Shown here: in pieces, positions 34,432 through 43,753 of the stretch | Position numbering within the stretch: the stretch's first letter is position 1 | Layout: every line of letters begins with the position of its first letter | Origin: Actinomycetes bacterium | GTDB taxonomy: Bacteria > Actinomycetota > CALGFH01 | Reading direction: 5' to 3' | NCBI GenBank assembly: GCA_045807325.1 | Contig: JBJMHP010000195.1 | Coordinates: 1 to 46,848, forward strand | DNA length: 46,848 nt | The notes under the pieces: model-generated | What the model was told of the DNA's origin: nothing | Database searches by the model: none | Seen by the model: the letters and a program-made list of their open reading frames with translations, nothing else | Position numbers and translations under genes: made by a program

Positions 34432-35684
34432 GGCAGCTCCATGGTCACGACGGTGGGGCCTCCCGGCGGGCTGCTCACGGCCAGGGTGCCATCGAGGGCG
34501 GCGAGCCGGCGCCGGATGCCCTCCAGCCCGCTGCCGGCGCCGGGGTCCGCGCCCCCGCGGCCGTCGTCGCCGACCACCATGACGAGCCGGCCGTCGGCGT
34601 GCCGCAGCCGCACCCAGGACCGGTCGGCCTGGCTGTGCTTGATGACGTTGGTGAGCGTCTCGGCGACGGCGAAGTAGGCCGCCGACTCGACCGGCGCCGG
34701 CAGCCGGGCGGGGATGTCGATCTCGACCTCGGTCGGCACCGGGCTGGCCAGGGCCAGCGCCTGGGCGGCGCCGTCCAGGCCGCGGTCGGCGAGCACCGGC
34801 GGGTGGATGCCACGCACCACCTCACGCAGCTCGGCCAGGGCCTCGGTGGTGGCCTGCCTGGCCTCGGCCAGCAGCTCCCTGGCGGCCGCCGGGTCGTCGC
34901 CGACGAGCTCGGCGGCCCTACCAAGGCTCCTCCCCAGCGACACCCGCCTGGCCTGCACGCCGGCGGGCAGGGCGCGCGCGATGCGGCGCAGCTCGGCCGC
35001 CTGGGTGTCGACCGTCTCGGCCCTGGTCTCGGCGAGCTGGCGCACCCGGCTGGCCAGCCGGGACCGCTCGGTCGGGGCCAGCAGCCAGCCGGCCAGCCGG
35101 GCGTCGGCCCGCAGCAGCCGGGGGGTCGCCCACCACCAGAGCGCCAGCAGCACCAGGCCCTGGAGCGCCACCAGGTAGGCGCCCACGGGCGCCGGCACCG
35201 CGCCCGGCCCGGTGACCCTCACCAGGCCCACCCAGTTGGTCTGGTCGGTGGCCGGCAGGTACGGCCAGACGGCCGGGAAGACCAGCGCCGCGACGCCGGC
35301 GAGGAACAGCCCGACCGGGAGCAGCCGCAGCACCGTCCCCAGCGAGGCGTTCACCAGCACCCAGGCGGCGTCCCGCCAGGTCGCGGGGTCACGCGCGATG
35401 ACCTTGAGCCGCCCGAACATGCCCCGCTGCGACAGCGGACGGTAGGGCCGGCCGATCTCCACGCCCAGCAGGCGCCCCGCCCGGGCGCGGTGCAGGCCGG
35501 CGAACCACCGGAGCACCGCCACCGCGCCCAGCACCAGCGGCACGCCGACCCAGGCCGGGATGAGCGCGGCGGAGAGGACGGCCAGGGCCAGCAGGCCCAG
35601 CCCGACCAGGGACAGGGCGCTCAGCACCAGCGCCGACCCGAGCAGGCGCAGCCGCCCGGTGGGGCGGACGGTGGTCGCGGCCAT
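34383..35684 (-). CDS. Sensor histidine kinase (HisKA_3) whose H-box reads aberrantly
   Basis: TM sensor, ETLTNVIKHS, DDGRGG, GSGLEGI and GGPT. The H-box reads IARALPAG instead of IERDLHDG. Confidence 0.85.
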   Translation of the reverse strand: MAATTVRPTGRLRLLGSALVLSALSLVGLGLLALAVLSAALIPAWVGVPLVLGAVAVLRWFAGLHRARAGRLLGVEIGRPYRPLSQRGMFGRLKVIARDPATWRDAAWVLVNASLGTVLRLLPVGLFLAGVAALVFPAVWPYLPATDQTNWVGLVRVTGPGAVPAPVGAYLVALQGLVLLALWWWATPRLLRADARLAGWLLAPTERSRLASRVRQLAETRAETVDTQAAELRRIARALPAGVQARRVSLGRSLGRAAELVGDDPAAARELLAEARQATTEALAELREVVRGIHPPVLADRGLDGAAQALALASPVPTEVEIDIPARLPAPVESAAYFAVAETLTNVIKHSQADRSWVRLRHADGRLVMVVGDDGRGGADPGAGSGLEGIRRRLAALDGTLAVSSPPGGPTVVTMELPCESSSPKTSPSSGTG

Positions 35685-35743
35685 GGACGTTCCCTTCCCG
35701 ACGCTCGTGGCCTCCATTGTGCCCGCCGCGCCGGCCACCCTCA

Positions 35744-35804
35744 GTGGGCCTAGACCCCCTATCTGGAGGGGTGCTGGGCCCCGCCAACTGGGGTGCTGCG
35801 CCCA
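35744..35804. promoter_or_regulatory. Repeated response-regulator binding-like motifs in the divergent promoter
   Basis: GGGGTGCTG at 35768 and 35790 (22-bp period), with a degenerate copy at 35744. Confidence 0.5.
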
Positions 35805-35868
35805 GTGCCGACGCCGCCGCCGTCGCCCAAGGTGACCTCCCAGCCATCGACACCACCGGAGCGGTCGC

Positions 35869-36966
35869 ATGCGGTACGCCAGCCTGCGGGCCCGGCACCT
35901 GCTGACCGGGCTCGTCCTCAGCGGCATCCTCTCTGCCGGCGCCACCGGGGCCGCCTGGGTGCTCGGCCCCGACCCGCACGCACCCCTCGACGCCCTCCTG
36001 GGCGTCAAGGGGTGGCCGGCCGCGGTCGCGGCGGCCGCCCCCGGCGTCACCGCCCCCGACCCGTCCTCGGCGAGCGTCGTCCAGGTGCGGCGCTTCTGGG
36101 CCGCGCTCACCGACGGGCAGCGCCGGGCGCTCGCCCGACGCGCCCCCGAGGTCCTCGGGAACCTCGACGGGATCCCCTACCGGCTCCGGTACGCGGCCAA
36201 CCAGCGGGTCCGGGCCGCGCTGGACCCGCACGGGCCGCCGCCGGCCGGCCGGCTGCTCGCCTACGACCCCCGCGGCGACGGCCGCGTCGTCCTGGTCCTC
36301 GGCGACCTGGCCTCGGCGCGCCAGGTGGCCGTGCTCGTCCCGGGCAGCGGCTGGCGGCTGGACCAGCTCCTCGGCTCGGGCCCCAGGACGGGCGCCGACC
36401 CGATCGCCGCCGCGGCCGCCCTGCGTGGCCAGCTCCGCCGCCTCGCCCCCGGCGCTCGGGTGGCGGTGGTGGTGTGGCTCGGCTACGACACCCCCGAGGG
36501 CATCGACCGGCAGGCCGTCCGGTCCGACCGGGCCGCGGCGGGCGCCCGCGCCCTCGCCCGCTTCCTCGACGCCCTGCCCAGCCGGGCCAGGGTGAGCCTG
36601 CTCTGCCACAGCTACGGCGCGGTGGTCTGCGGCCGGGCGGTGGGCGGTGGCCGGGTCGGCGACCTGGTCGCCCTGGCCGCCCCGGGCATGGACGTCGCCT
36701 CGGTGGCCGGCCTGCGGACCTCGGCCCGCGTCTGGGCCGCCCGCATCCCCGACGACCCCATCCGTCTGGTCGCGCACCTGCGGGTCGGTGGGTTCGGCCA
36801 CGGCGCCGACCCGGTGGCGGCCGGCTTCGGCACCCGGGTGTTCCGCACCGGCGACGCGTCCGGCCATGACGGCTACTACGCGCCCGGCGCCGAGTCGCTC
36901 GGCAACCTCGCCCGCATCGTGCTCGACCGCACCTCGGAGGTGACCCTCGTTGACCATCCAGGCTGA
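35869..36966 (+). CDS. Exported alpha/beta hydrolase (DUF1023/Abhydrolase_8-like)
   Basis: N-terminal hydrophobic segment, GNLDGIP, WLGYDTP, CHSYG, DDPI and GHDGYY. Confidence 0.85.
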   Translation: MRYASLRARHLLTGLVLSGILSAGATGAAWVLGPDPHAPLDALLGVKGWPAAVAAAAPGVTAPDPSSASVVQVRRFWAALTDGQRRALARRAPEVLGNLDGIPYRLRYAANQRVRAALDPHGPPPAGRLLAYDPRGDGRVVLVLGDLASARQVAVLVPGSGWRLDQLLGSGPRTGADPIAAAAALRGQLRRLAPGARVAVVVWLGYDTPEGIDRQAVRSDRAAAGARALARFLDALPSRARVSLLCHSYGAVVCGRAVGGGRVGDLVALAAPGMDVASVAGLRTSARVWAARIPDDPIRLVAHLRVGGFGHGADPVAAGFGTRVFRTGDASGHDGYYAPGAESLGNLARIVLDRTSEVTLVDHPG

Positions 36967-38191
36967 GTGGCGGGACCTGGCCGGCCGCCTGGAGGCGGCC
37001 ACCCCGCCGACGCGTGACCGCGCCATCGACGGCCTGCGGGCCCTGGCCATCGGTGGGGTGGTCGTCGGCCACTGGTTCGTCATGGCCACCACGGTCGGCA
37101 CCGGGGGGGTGCTGCATGGCACCAGCCCGCTGTCGGCCCTGCCGGCGCTGGCCCCGGCCAGCTGGGCGCTGCAGCTGCTCGGCCTGTTCTTCCTGGTCGG
37201 CGGGTACCAGTCGTCCCGCGGCCTGGAGCGGGCGCGGGCGCGTGGCCAGGCCTACCCGAGCTGGCTGCGGGGGCGGCTGCTGCGGCTCGTCCGCCCGGTC
37301 GCCATGGCCACGGCGGTGCTCGGGGCCGCCCTGCCCGTCCTGGCCGTCGCCGGGGTGCCGGCCGGCACCCTGCGGACCGTGGTCGTGATGGTCGCCCAGC
37401 CGCTGTGGTTCATCGGCATCTACGGGCTGGTCACCGCCCTCACCCCGGCCGCGGTGGCGTTCGACCGGCGGCTGGGGGTGCTGGCCGCCCTGCCCCCGCT
37501 GCTGGTCGTGGCCGCGGTCGACCTGCTCCGGTACGGGCCGTGGCGGGAGGCCGTGCCGGGCTTCGTCGGGCTGGTCAACGTCGTGCCCGGCTGGGGGTTC
37601 GCCTTCCTGCTCGGCGTGGCCTGGGCGGCCGGCCGGATCGACCGGCGGGCCGCGGCCGTGCTCGCCGCCGGCGGCGCCGCCCTCGGGCTGCTGCTGGTGC
37701 TGGGCATGGGGTATCCGGCCAGCATGGTGGGGGTCCCGGGGGCGGCCCGGGTCAACTCCCACCCGCCGTCGCTGCTGGTGCCGGCGCTGGCCGCCTGCCA
37801 GTCGGGGCTGGCCATCCTGCTGCACGAGCGCCTCGGCCGGTGGCTGCGCCGGCCCGGCCTGTGGGCGGCCGTGGCCCTGGCCAACCTGCAGGCGATGACG
37901 ATCTTCACCTGGCACCAGGTGGCGTCGCTGGTACTGGCCGGTGCGGCCGTCGTCGCTGGGGCCGCGGGCGTTCCCGGCCTGCTGGACGTCCCCGACGACC
38001 CGGCCTGGCTGCTCCACCGGCTGACCTGGTTCCCGGTCTACGCCGCGGTGCTGGCCGTGCTTGTCGCCCTGGCTCGGCGGTTCGAGGCCCCCTGGACCCT
38101 GCCCTGGCCGGCCAGGGCTGTGGTGGTCCTCCTCGCCGCCGGGTTCGGGCTGTACGCGGCGGCCACGCTGGCGCCCGGGCTGGTGTCGTGA
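36950..38191 (+). CDS. Membrane acyltransferase family 3
   Basis: RDRAIDGLRA...VVGHW, FFLVGG, PLWF and MTIFTWHQ, with many TM helices. Confidence 0.88.
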   Translation: MTIQAEWRDLAGRLEAATPPTRDRAIDGLRALAIGGVVVGHWFVMATTVGTGGVLHGTSPLSALPALAPASWALQLLGLFFLVGGYQSSRGLERARARGQAYPSWLRGRLLRLVRPVAMATAVLGAALPVLAVAGVPAGTLRTVVVMVAQPLWFIGIYGLVTALTPAAVAFDRRLGVLAALPPLLVVAAVDLLRYGPWREAVPGFVGLVNVVPGWGFAFLLGVAWAAGRIDRRAAAVLAAGGAALGLLLVLGMGYPASMVGVPGAARVNSHPPSLLVPALAACQSGLAILLHERLGRWLRRPGLWAAVALANLQAMTIFTWHQVASLVLAGAAVVAGAAGVPGLLDVPDDPAWLLHRLTWFPVYAAVLAVLVALARRFEAPWTLPWPARAVVVLLAAGFGLYAAATLAPGLVS

Positions 38192-38208
38192 GCCGCGGCG
38201 ACCGTGGG

Positions 38209-41103
38209 CTACCGCCGGTCGGCGGCGCCGGCGAGCAGCTCGGCCAGGTGGAGGGCGTGGCGGCCGGCCAGCTGGTCGAGCGGGGTGCGGCAGGAGAACC
38301 CGGCGGCCAGCACGACCGCGTGCGGGCCGGCGGCCCGCACCGCCGGGAGGAGCGCCGTCTCGGCCACGGCGACCGAGACGTGGTAGTGGCCGCGCTCGGC
38401 GCCGAAGTTGCCGGCCAGCCCGCAGCAGCCGCCCACGGCCGTGACCCGGCAGCCGGCGCGGGCCAGCAGGTCGCGGTCGGCCTCCCAGCCGAGCACGGCG
38501 TGCTGGTGGCAGTGCGGCTGGGCGACCACGGCCAGCCCGTCCAGGTCCGGGGGCCGCCACCCGGGCGTGGCCCCCAGCACCTCGGCCAGGGTCGATGCGG
38601 CTCGGGCGACCGCCGCGGCCGCCGGGTCGTCGGCCCCCAGCAGCTGGAGGGCGTCGTGGCGCAGCACGGCCAGGCACGACGGCTCCAACCCGACCAGCGG
38701 CACACCCCGGCCGGCCCCAGGCCCTGCCCTCCCAGCCCCTCCCCCGCCGGCCCCGGGCCCTCCCCCGCCCGGCGCGGTCTCCTCCCCCCCGACCAGGGCG
38801 GCCAGGTGGTCGACGGTGCGGCGCAGCACCCGTTTGGCCGTGTCCAGCTGGCCGGTCGAGATCCAGGTGAGGCCGCAGCACACGGGCCGGTCGGGCAGCT
38901 CGACCCGGTAGCCGGCGTCCTCGAGCACCCGGACGGCGGCCCGCCCGGCGCCGGGGGCGAAGTGGTTGGTGAAGGTGTCGGGCCACAGCAGCACCCGGGG
39001 GCTGCCGGCCGGCCCCGGCCCGGGCGGTGGGCGGCGGCGCCACCAGGCGCGCAGGGTCCGGGTGGCCAGGGTCGGCAGGGGGCGGCGGTGGTCGACCCCG
39101 CCGAGGCGGCGGCCCAGCCCGGCCAGGGTCGGGGTGGTGAGCAGGCGGTTGGCCAGCCGCGGCGCCCGGGAGGCGACGGCCGCCCAGCGGGGCAGCCAGC
39201 CCAGGCTGTAGTGGGCGGCCGGGCGGAGGCGGCCCCGGTAGGTCTGGTGCAGCACCTCGGCCTTGTAGGTGGCCATGTCGACCCCGGTCGGGCAGTCGGA
39301 GGCGCAGCCCTTGCAGGCCAGGCAGAGGTCCAGGGCCTCCTGCACCTCGGGCGAGGCCAGGCCGCGGACCAGGGTGCCGTTGACCGCCTCCTGGAGCACC
39401 CGGCTGCGGCCCCTGGTGGTGTCCTTCTCGTCCCTGGTGGCCAGCCAGGACGGGCACATCACGCCCCCGGCGGCGGTGTTGTCGGCCACGCACCGCCCGA
39501 TCCCCGTACAGCGGTGCACGGCGCTGGTCAGGTCGCCGCCGTCCTCGGTGTAGCGGAACCCGAGCCGCGTGGTGACCGGCCGGACCATGGCGCGGCGCAG
39601 GTCGGCGTCGAACGGCCGCGGCCGCACCAGGACCCCGGGATTGAGCAGGTCGCGGGGGTCGAAGACGGCCTTGACGGCGCCCATGGCCGCGATGGCGGCC
39701 GGCTCGTACATGCGGGGCAGCAGCTCGGAGCGGGCCCGCCCGTCGCCGTGCTCACCGGACATGGAGCCGCCGTGGCGGGCGACCAGGTCGGCCGCCTGCT
39801 CGACGAAGGACCGGTAGACGCCCCGCCCCTCGGGCCGGTCGAACGGGAAGTCGATGCGCATGTGCACGCAGCCGTCGCCGAAGTGGCCGTAGGGGATGCC
39901 GTCGAGGCCGTGGTCGGCCAGCAGGGCCTCGAACTCGCGCAGGTAGGCGCCGAGCCGGTCGGGGGGCACGGCCGCGTCCTCCCAGCCGGCCCAGGCCGGC
40001 GCCCCGGCCGGGCTGCGGCCGCCGAAGCCGGCCCCGTCCTCGCGGATGCGCCAGATGGCGGCGGCCTGGGCCGGGTCGGTCAGGACCCGGCTGGCCAGGG
40101 CGTCGCCGCCGGCCGCGCCGACCAGCCGCCCGGCGGCCGCCTCGGCCTCGGCCGGGGTGGCGCCGGCCAGCTCGACCAGCAGCCAGCCGCCCCCCTTGGG
40201 CAGCTCGGGCACGGCCCGGCCGCGGCGCCTGACCACGTCGATGATCCGGGCGTCGATGCCCTCGCACGCCACCGGCCGCAGGGGCAGGACCGCGCCGACG
40301 GCGTCGGCCGCGGCGGCCATGTCCGGGTAGCCGAGCACGACCAGCACGGTCGCCGCCGGTGCCTGGACGAGCCGGACGGTGGCCTCCAGGGCCACGGCCA
40401 GGGTGCCCTCGCTGCCGACCAGGGCCCTGGCCAGGTCGCCGCCCCGCTCGGGCAGCAGGTGCTCGAGCGAGTAGCCGGAGATCTGGCGGCCGAAGCGGCC
40501 GAACTGGGTCCGGATCGGGGCCAGGTTGGCCCGGACCACCGCCTCCAGCTCCGGCAGCTGGCCCACCGTGCCCGTCCCGGCCCGCAGGCGGCGGCCGGTG
40601 CCGTCCACCACCTCCAGCTCCAGGACGTTGTCGGCCGTGCGGCCGTAGGCGAGGGCCCGCGACCCGCAGGCGTTGTTGCCGATCATCCCGCCGAGGGTGC
40701 AGCGGCTGTGGGTGGAGGGGTCGGGGCCGAAGCGCAGCCCGGAGGGACGGGCCGCGGCCTGCAGGTCGTCGAGCACGGCACCTGGCTGGACGGTCGCCGT
40801 GGCCGCCTCCGGGTCAAGGGCCAGGACCCGGCGCAGGTGCCGGGACAGGTCCATGACCACGCCCGGCCCGACGGCGTTGCCGGCGACCGAGGTGCCGGCG
40901 CCCCTGGCCGTCAGCGGGACGCCGAGCTCCAGGCAGGTGGCGACCACGGCGGCGGCCTCGTCGGGGTCGCGTGGGAAGGCGACCACCTGGGGCGGGACCC
41001 GGTACAGGGACGCGTCGGTCGAGTACTCGGCCCGCCGCCGGGCGGAGTCGTCCACCTCGGCCACCCCGGCCCGGCGGAGGGCGGCGACCAGCTCCCCGGT
41101 CAG
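38209..41103 (-). CDS. FAD-binding and Fe-S-binding oxidoreductase (YdiJ/D-2-hydroxyacid dehydrogenase type)
   Basis: RGAGTS, GGMIGNNACG, GSEGTL, GHFGDGCVH, GEHGDG, CxxCxxCxxxCP and CCG domains. The start is probably at 41103 (reads CTG overlapping the upstream stop); the first canonical GTG is at 41064. Confidence 0.88.
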   Translation of the reverse strand: MTGELVAALRRAGVAEVDDSARRRAEYSTDASLYRVPPQVVAFPRDPDEAAAVVATCLELGVPLTARGAGTSVAGNAVGPGVVMDLSRHLRRVLALDPEAATATVQPGAVLDDLQAAARPSGLRFGPDPSTHSRCTLGGMIGNNACGSRALAYGRTADNVLELEVVDGTGRRLRAGTGTVGQLPELEAVVRANLAPIRTQFGRFGRQISGYSLEHLLPERGGDLARALVGSEGTLAVALEATVRLVQAPAATVLVVLGYPDMAAAADAVGAVLPLRPVACEGIDARIIDVVRRRGRAVPELPKGGGWLLVELAGATPAEAEAAAGRLVGAAGGDALASRVLTDPAQAAAIWRIREDGAGFGGRSPAGAPAWAGWEDAAVPPDRLGAYLREFEALLADHGLDGIPYGHFGDGCVHMRIDFPFDRPEGRGVYRSFVEQAADLVARHGGSMSGEHGDGRARSELLPRMYEPAAIAAMGAVKAVFDPRDLLNPGVLVRPRPFDADLRRAMVRPVTTRLGFRYTEDGGDLTSAVHRCTGIGRCVADNTAAGGVMCPSWLATRDEKDTTRGRSRVLQEAVNGTLVRGLASPEVQEALDLCLACKGCASDCPTGVDMATYKAEVLHQTYRGRLRPAAHYSLGWLPRWAAVASRAPRLANRLLTTPTLAGLGRRLGGVDHRRPLPTLATRTLRAWWRRRPPPGPGPAGSPRVLLWPDTFTNHFAPGAGRAAVRVLEDAGYRVELPDRPVCCGLTWISTGQLDTAKRVLRRTVDHLAALVGGEETAPGGGGPGAGGGGAGRAGPGAGRGVPLVGLEPSCLAVLRHDALQLLGADDPAAAAVARAASTLAEVLGATPGWRPPDLDGLAVVAQPHCHQHAVLGWEADRDLLARAGCRVTAVGGCCGLAGNFGAERGHYHVSVAVAETALLPAVRAAGPHAVVLAAGFSCRTPLDQLAGRHALHLAELLAGAADRR

Positions 41104-41498
41104 GTCCCCGACCCCTCCTCTGTCGGCCCATGCGTGTGCCCGGGCACCGGGTCACCGGCCCGGAGGGGGGCCTGCTCGAACCGGCCCTCGTGGGCCAGGA
41201 CCGGGCGGCGGTCTCCGGCCAGCTCGGGGTGGCGAGCCTCCAGGTCGCGGCGGGCGTCGGCCACCCGGCGCAGGTGGGTGACGTAGTCGCGGTCGCCCCG
41301 GTAGGTGCCCTTCCAGGTCTGGGGCATGCGCTCGGGCGGCGGCGGCACCGAGGCCGTCCCGCCGACCCCGACCCCGAACCCGCTGGGGACCTTGCGGGTC
41401 GCCCGCCCGCAGGCCGGGCAGGCCGGCAGGGGGTCGGTCGAGGCCTGGAGCGTCTCCGAGCGGTGCCCGTCCTCGCAGGCCAGCTCGTAGATCGGCAC
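41100..41498 (-). CDS. FmdB-family zinc-ribbon protein
   Basis: MPIYELACEDGH...ACPACG...RK, with a C-terminal extension. Confidence 0.8.
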   Translation of the reverse strand: MPIYELACEDGHRSETLQASTDPLPACPACGRATRKVPSGFGVGVGGTASVPPPPERMPQTWKGTYRGDRDYVTHLRRVADARRDLEARHPELAGDRRPVLAHEGRFEQAPLRAGDPVPGHTHGPTEEGSGT

Positions 41499-41506
41499 CG
41501 GTCCTC

Positions 41507-42796
41507 CTACCAGTTCGACAGCGAGCGGGACAGGATGGCCGCCGCGTCGTCCTCGGTCACCGGGCGCGGGGCCGTGTCCAGCAGCCGCTGCTGCTTCATG
41601 GTGCCCTCGACCAGGTCACCGACGTCGCTCTCGTCGTAGCCGACCCCGCCGATCCCGTTGGGGATGCCGATGTCGCGCATGAGCTGGGTCAGGGCCGCCG
41701 GCAGGCACTCGGCGTCGTCGTTCGGCCGGTCCAGGCCGGGGGCGAGCAGCTCGGCCGCGCGCAGGTGCCGCTCGGGACGGGCCTGGAAGGTGAACCGGAA
41801 CGCCTCCGGCGCGGTCAGCGACACGGCCATGCCGTGGGGCACGATCGGCTCGTCCTTGGGGTAGTCCTCGGGCCGGAAGTCCTTGACCCGCCCGGCGATC
41901 GGGTAGGCGTTGGCGTGCGGGATGTGCACCCCGGCGTTGCCGAAGCCGAGCCCGGCCATGGTCGCGGCCAGGGCCATCCGGCCCCTGGCCTCCAGGTCGT
42001 CGCCGTTGCCCACGGCCGTCCGGAACGAGCCGGCCAGCAGCCGCATGGCGTTCTCGGACCACATGTCGGAGATCGGGTTGGAGCCGCAGTAGGGCACCCG
42101 CTGCTCCGGCTGCTTGCGGTCGTAGTCGCTGTAGGGCTTGGCGGTGTAGCTCTCCAGGGCGTGGCAGAGGATGTCCATGCCGCAGGCCGCGGTCACCCCG
42201 GCCGGCTGGGTCACGGTCAGGGCCGGGTCGACCACGGCCAGGGTCGGCCGCAGGCGCGGGTGGCTGATGCCGGTCTTGACCTTCTGGGCGAGCACGTCGA
42301 GCACGCAGATGGTGGTGCTCTCGGCGCCCGTCCCGGTGGTGGTGGGCACGGCCACCAGCGGGTTGAGCGGCTTGGAGGGCGCCCTGCCCTCGCCCACCGG
42401 CTTGTTGACGTAGTCCATCAGCTCGCCCGGGTTGGTGGTGAGCAGGTTGACCGCCTTGGCGGTGTCGATGCTGGAGCCGCCGCCCACGGCCACATAGGCG
42501 TCCCACGGCCCGTTGGCCTCGGCGTGGTCGATCGCCTGCTGCAGGCTGGCGTCGGTCGGCTCGACGTGGACGCCGTCGTAGACGTGGGCCTCGATGTCGA
42601 ACCGCTTCATCTGGTCGGCCACCCGCGCCGGCAGGCCGGTGGCGGCCATGCCGGGGTCGGTGACCACCAGCACGCGGCGGGCGCCGTACTGGGACAGGTC
42701 ATAGCCGATCTCGTCGGACGCGCCGGTGCCGAACTTCAGCAGCGGGGCGCCGTAGGTGAAGACGGTCTCCGAACCGCCTGGGAACGTCGCGGTCAT
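41507..42796 (-). CDS. Hydroxyacid-oxoacid transhydrogenase (Fe-ADH family, ADHFE1/HOT-like)
   Basis: GGGSSIDTAK, PTTTGTGAE, MDILCHALESYT, GNAGVHIPHANAYPIAG and PHGMAV. Confidence 0.88.
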   Translation of the reverse strand: MTATFPGGSETVFTYGAPLLKFGTGASDEIGYDLSQYGARRVLVVTDPGMAATGLPARVADQMKRFDIEAHVYDGVHVEPTDASLQQAIDHAEANGPWDAYVAVGGGSSIDTAKAVNLLTTNPGELMDYVNKPVGEGRAPSKPLNPLVAVPTTTGTGAESTTICVLDVLAQKVKTGISHPRLRPTLAVVDPALTVTQPAGVTAACGMDILCHALESYTAKPYSDYDRKQPEQRVPYCGSNPISDMWSENAMRLLAGSFRTAVGNGDDLEARGRMALAATMAGLGFGNAGVHIPHANAYPIAGRVKDFRPEDYPKDEPIVPHGMAVSLTAPEAFRFTFQARPERHLRAAELLAPGLDRPNDDAECLPAALTQLMRDIGIPNGIGGVGYDESDVGDLVEGTMKQQRLLDTAPRPVTEDDAAAILSRSLSNW

Positions 42797-42823
42797 GGTG
42801 CCTCCCGGAGTCCGTGCGGGTGC

Positions 42824-43639
42824 TCAGGTGTAGTGGCCGTCCGGCGACCGGCGCAGCGACCAGAGCTGCTCGGCGTCGTGGCCGAAGATCACGTTGGCGT
42901 TGGTCTGCTCGGCGATGCCGCGGAGCTTCTCGACCGAGGCGTACCACTGGCTCAGGTCGTTGACGATCGCGGCCGGGGTGGCCGGCGGGCCGTAGGAGTC
43001 GCCCATGTAGATGGCGTCGGAGGTGAAGATCATGGGGCCCTCGTCGGCCAGGTCGACCTTGAGGGCCATGGTCCCCGGGGTGTGCCCGGGCGCCTCGATC
43101 AGGGTCACCCCGGGCAGGAACTCGGTGTCGCCGGACACGGTCTCGAAGTCGAGGCCCTCGTAGTCGGTCTTGAGGTGGGCGCCGGTGAACAGGCCCTCGA
43201 AGCCGAGGGCGAACTCGCGCTCCTTGTCGTTGACGACCAGCCGGGGCCCGGCGTCCTGGAACATCTTGGCGTTGCCGGCGTGGTCGAAGTGCAGGTGCGA
43301 GAAGACGACGTAGTCGAGCTGCTCGGGGCCGAGGCCGAGCTGGGCCAGGCGCTGGTCGAGGTACTGCTCCTCGGTGACCCGGTCATACGGGAAGAACTCG
43401 TGCAGGCCGGTCGGGACCCAGCGTTCCTCCCAGTCACGCGGGCACGAGGTGTCCCACAGCATCGTGGCCTCGGGGGTCTCGACCACCACGGCGTGGGTGG
43501 TGCACGGGTACCACTCCACCGGTTTGTCGCGCTCGGCCCGCGGCCGGATGCTGCGCCCGGGCTTGAGCAGCAGCCAGGTGAGGTCACAGCTCATGGACCC
43601 GCAGTCGAGGACGTGGAGCTTGTTCGCGGTTCCCGCCAT
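42824..43639 (-). CDS. Metallo-beta-lactamase-fold lactonase (AttM/AiiA N-acyl-homoserine lactonase family)
   Basis: SHLHFDHAGN (HxHxDH), PGHTPG, SDAIY and GHD. Confidence 0.88.
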   Translation of the reverse strand: MAGTANKLHVLDCGSMSCDLTWLLLKPGRSIRPRAERDKPVEWYPCTTHAVVVETPEATMLWDTSCPRDWEERWVPTGLHEFFPYDRVTEEQYLDQRLAQLGLGPEQLDYVVFSHLHFDHAGNAKMFQDAGPRLVVNDKEREFALGFEGLFTGAHLKTDYEGLDFETVSGDTEFLPGVTLIEAPGHTPGTMALKVDLADEGPMIFTSDAIYMGDSYGPPATPAAIVNDLSQWYASVEKLRGIAEQTNANVIFGHDAEQLWSLRRSPDGHYT

Positions 43640-43753
43640 GGCTACCGCCCTTCGTTGGTAGGCGTCCGGACTGGCCAGGGTCGTCGCCCCTCGGATGTTG
43701 GTCTACCCACTGGTGCCGGGCTTCAGCCCTTGGCTCGGCGATACCGTGAGGGG

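Noticed and set aside
38710-38792. Gly-rich insert (GGEETAPGGGGPGAGGGGAGRAGPGAGRG) in the FAD/Fe-S dehydrogenase
   Set aside because: Looks like low-complexity slippage of CCCTCCCCCGCC units in a loop, without the arms of the palindromic element.
37405-41286. Very long alternative-frame ORFs (1293 aa here; also 36107-39493, 3539-6118 and 41765-43753)
   Set aside because: Antisense or shifted shadows expected at high GC, with no recognisable motifs and overlapping well-supported genes.
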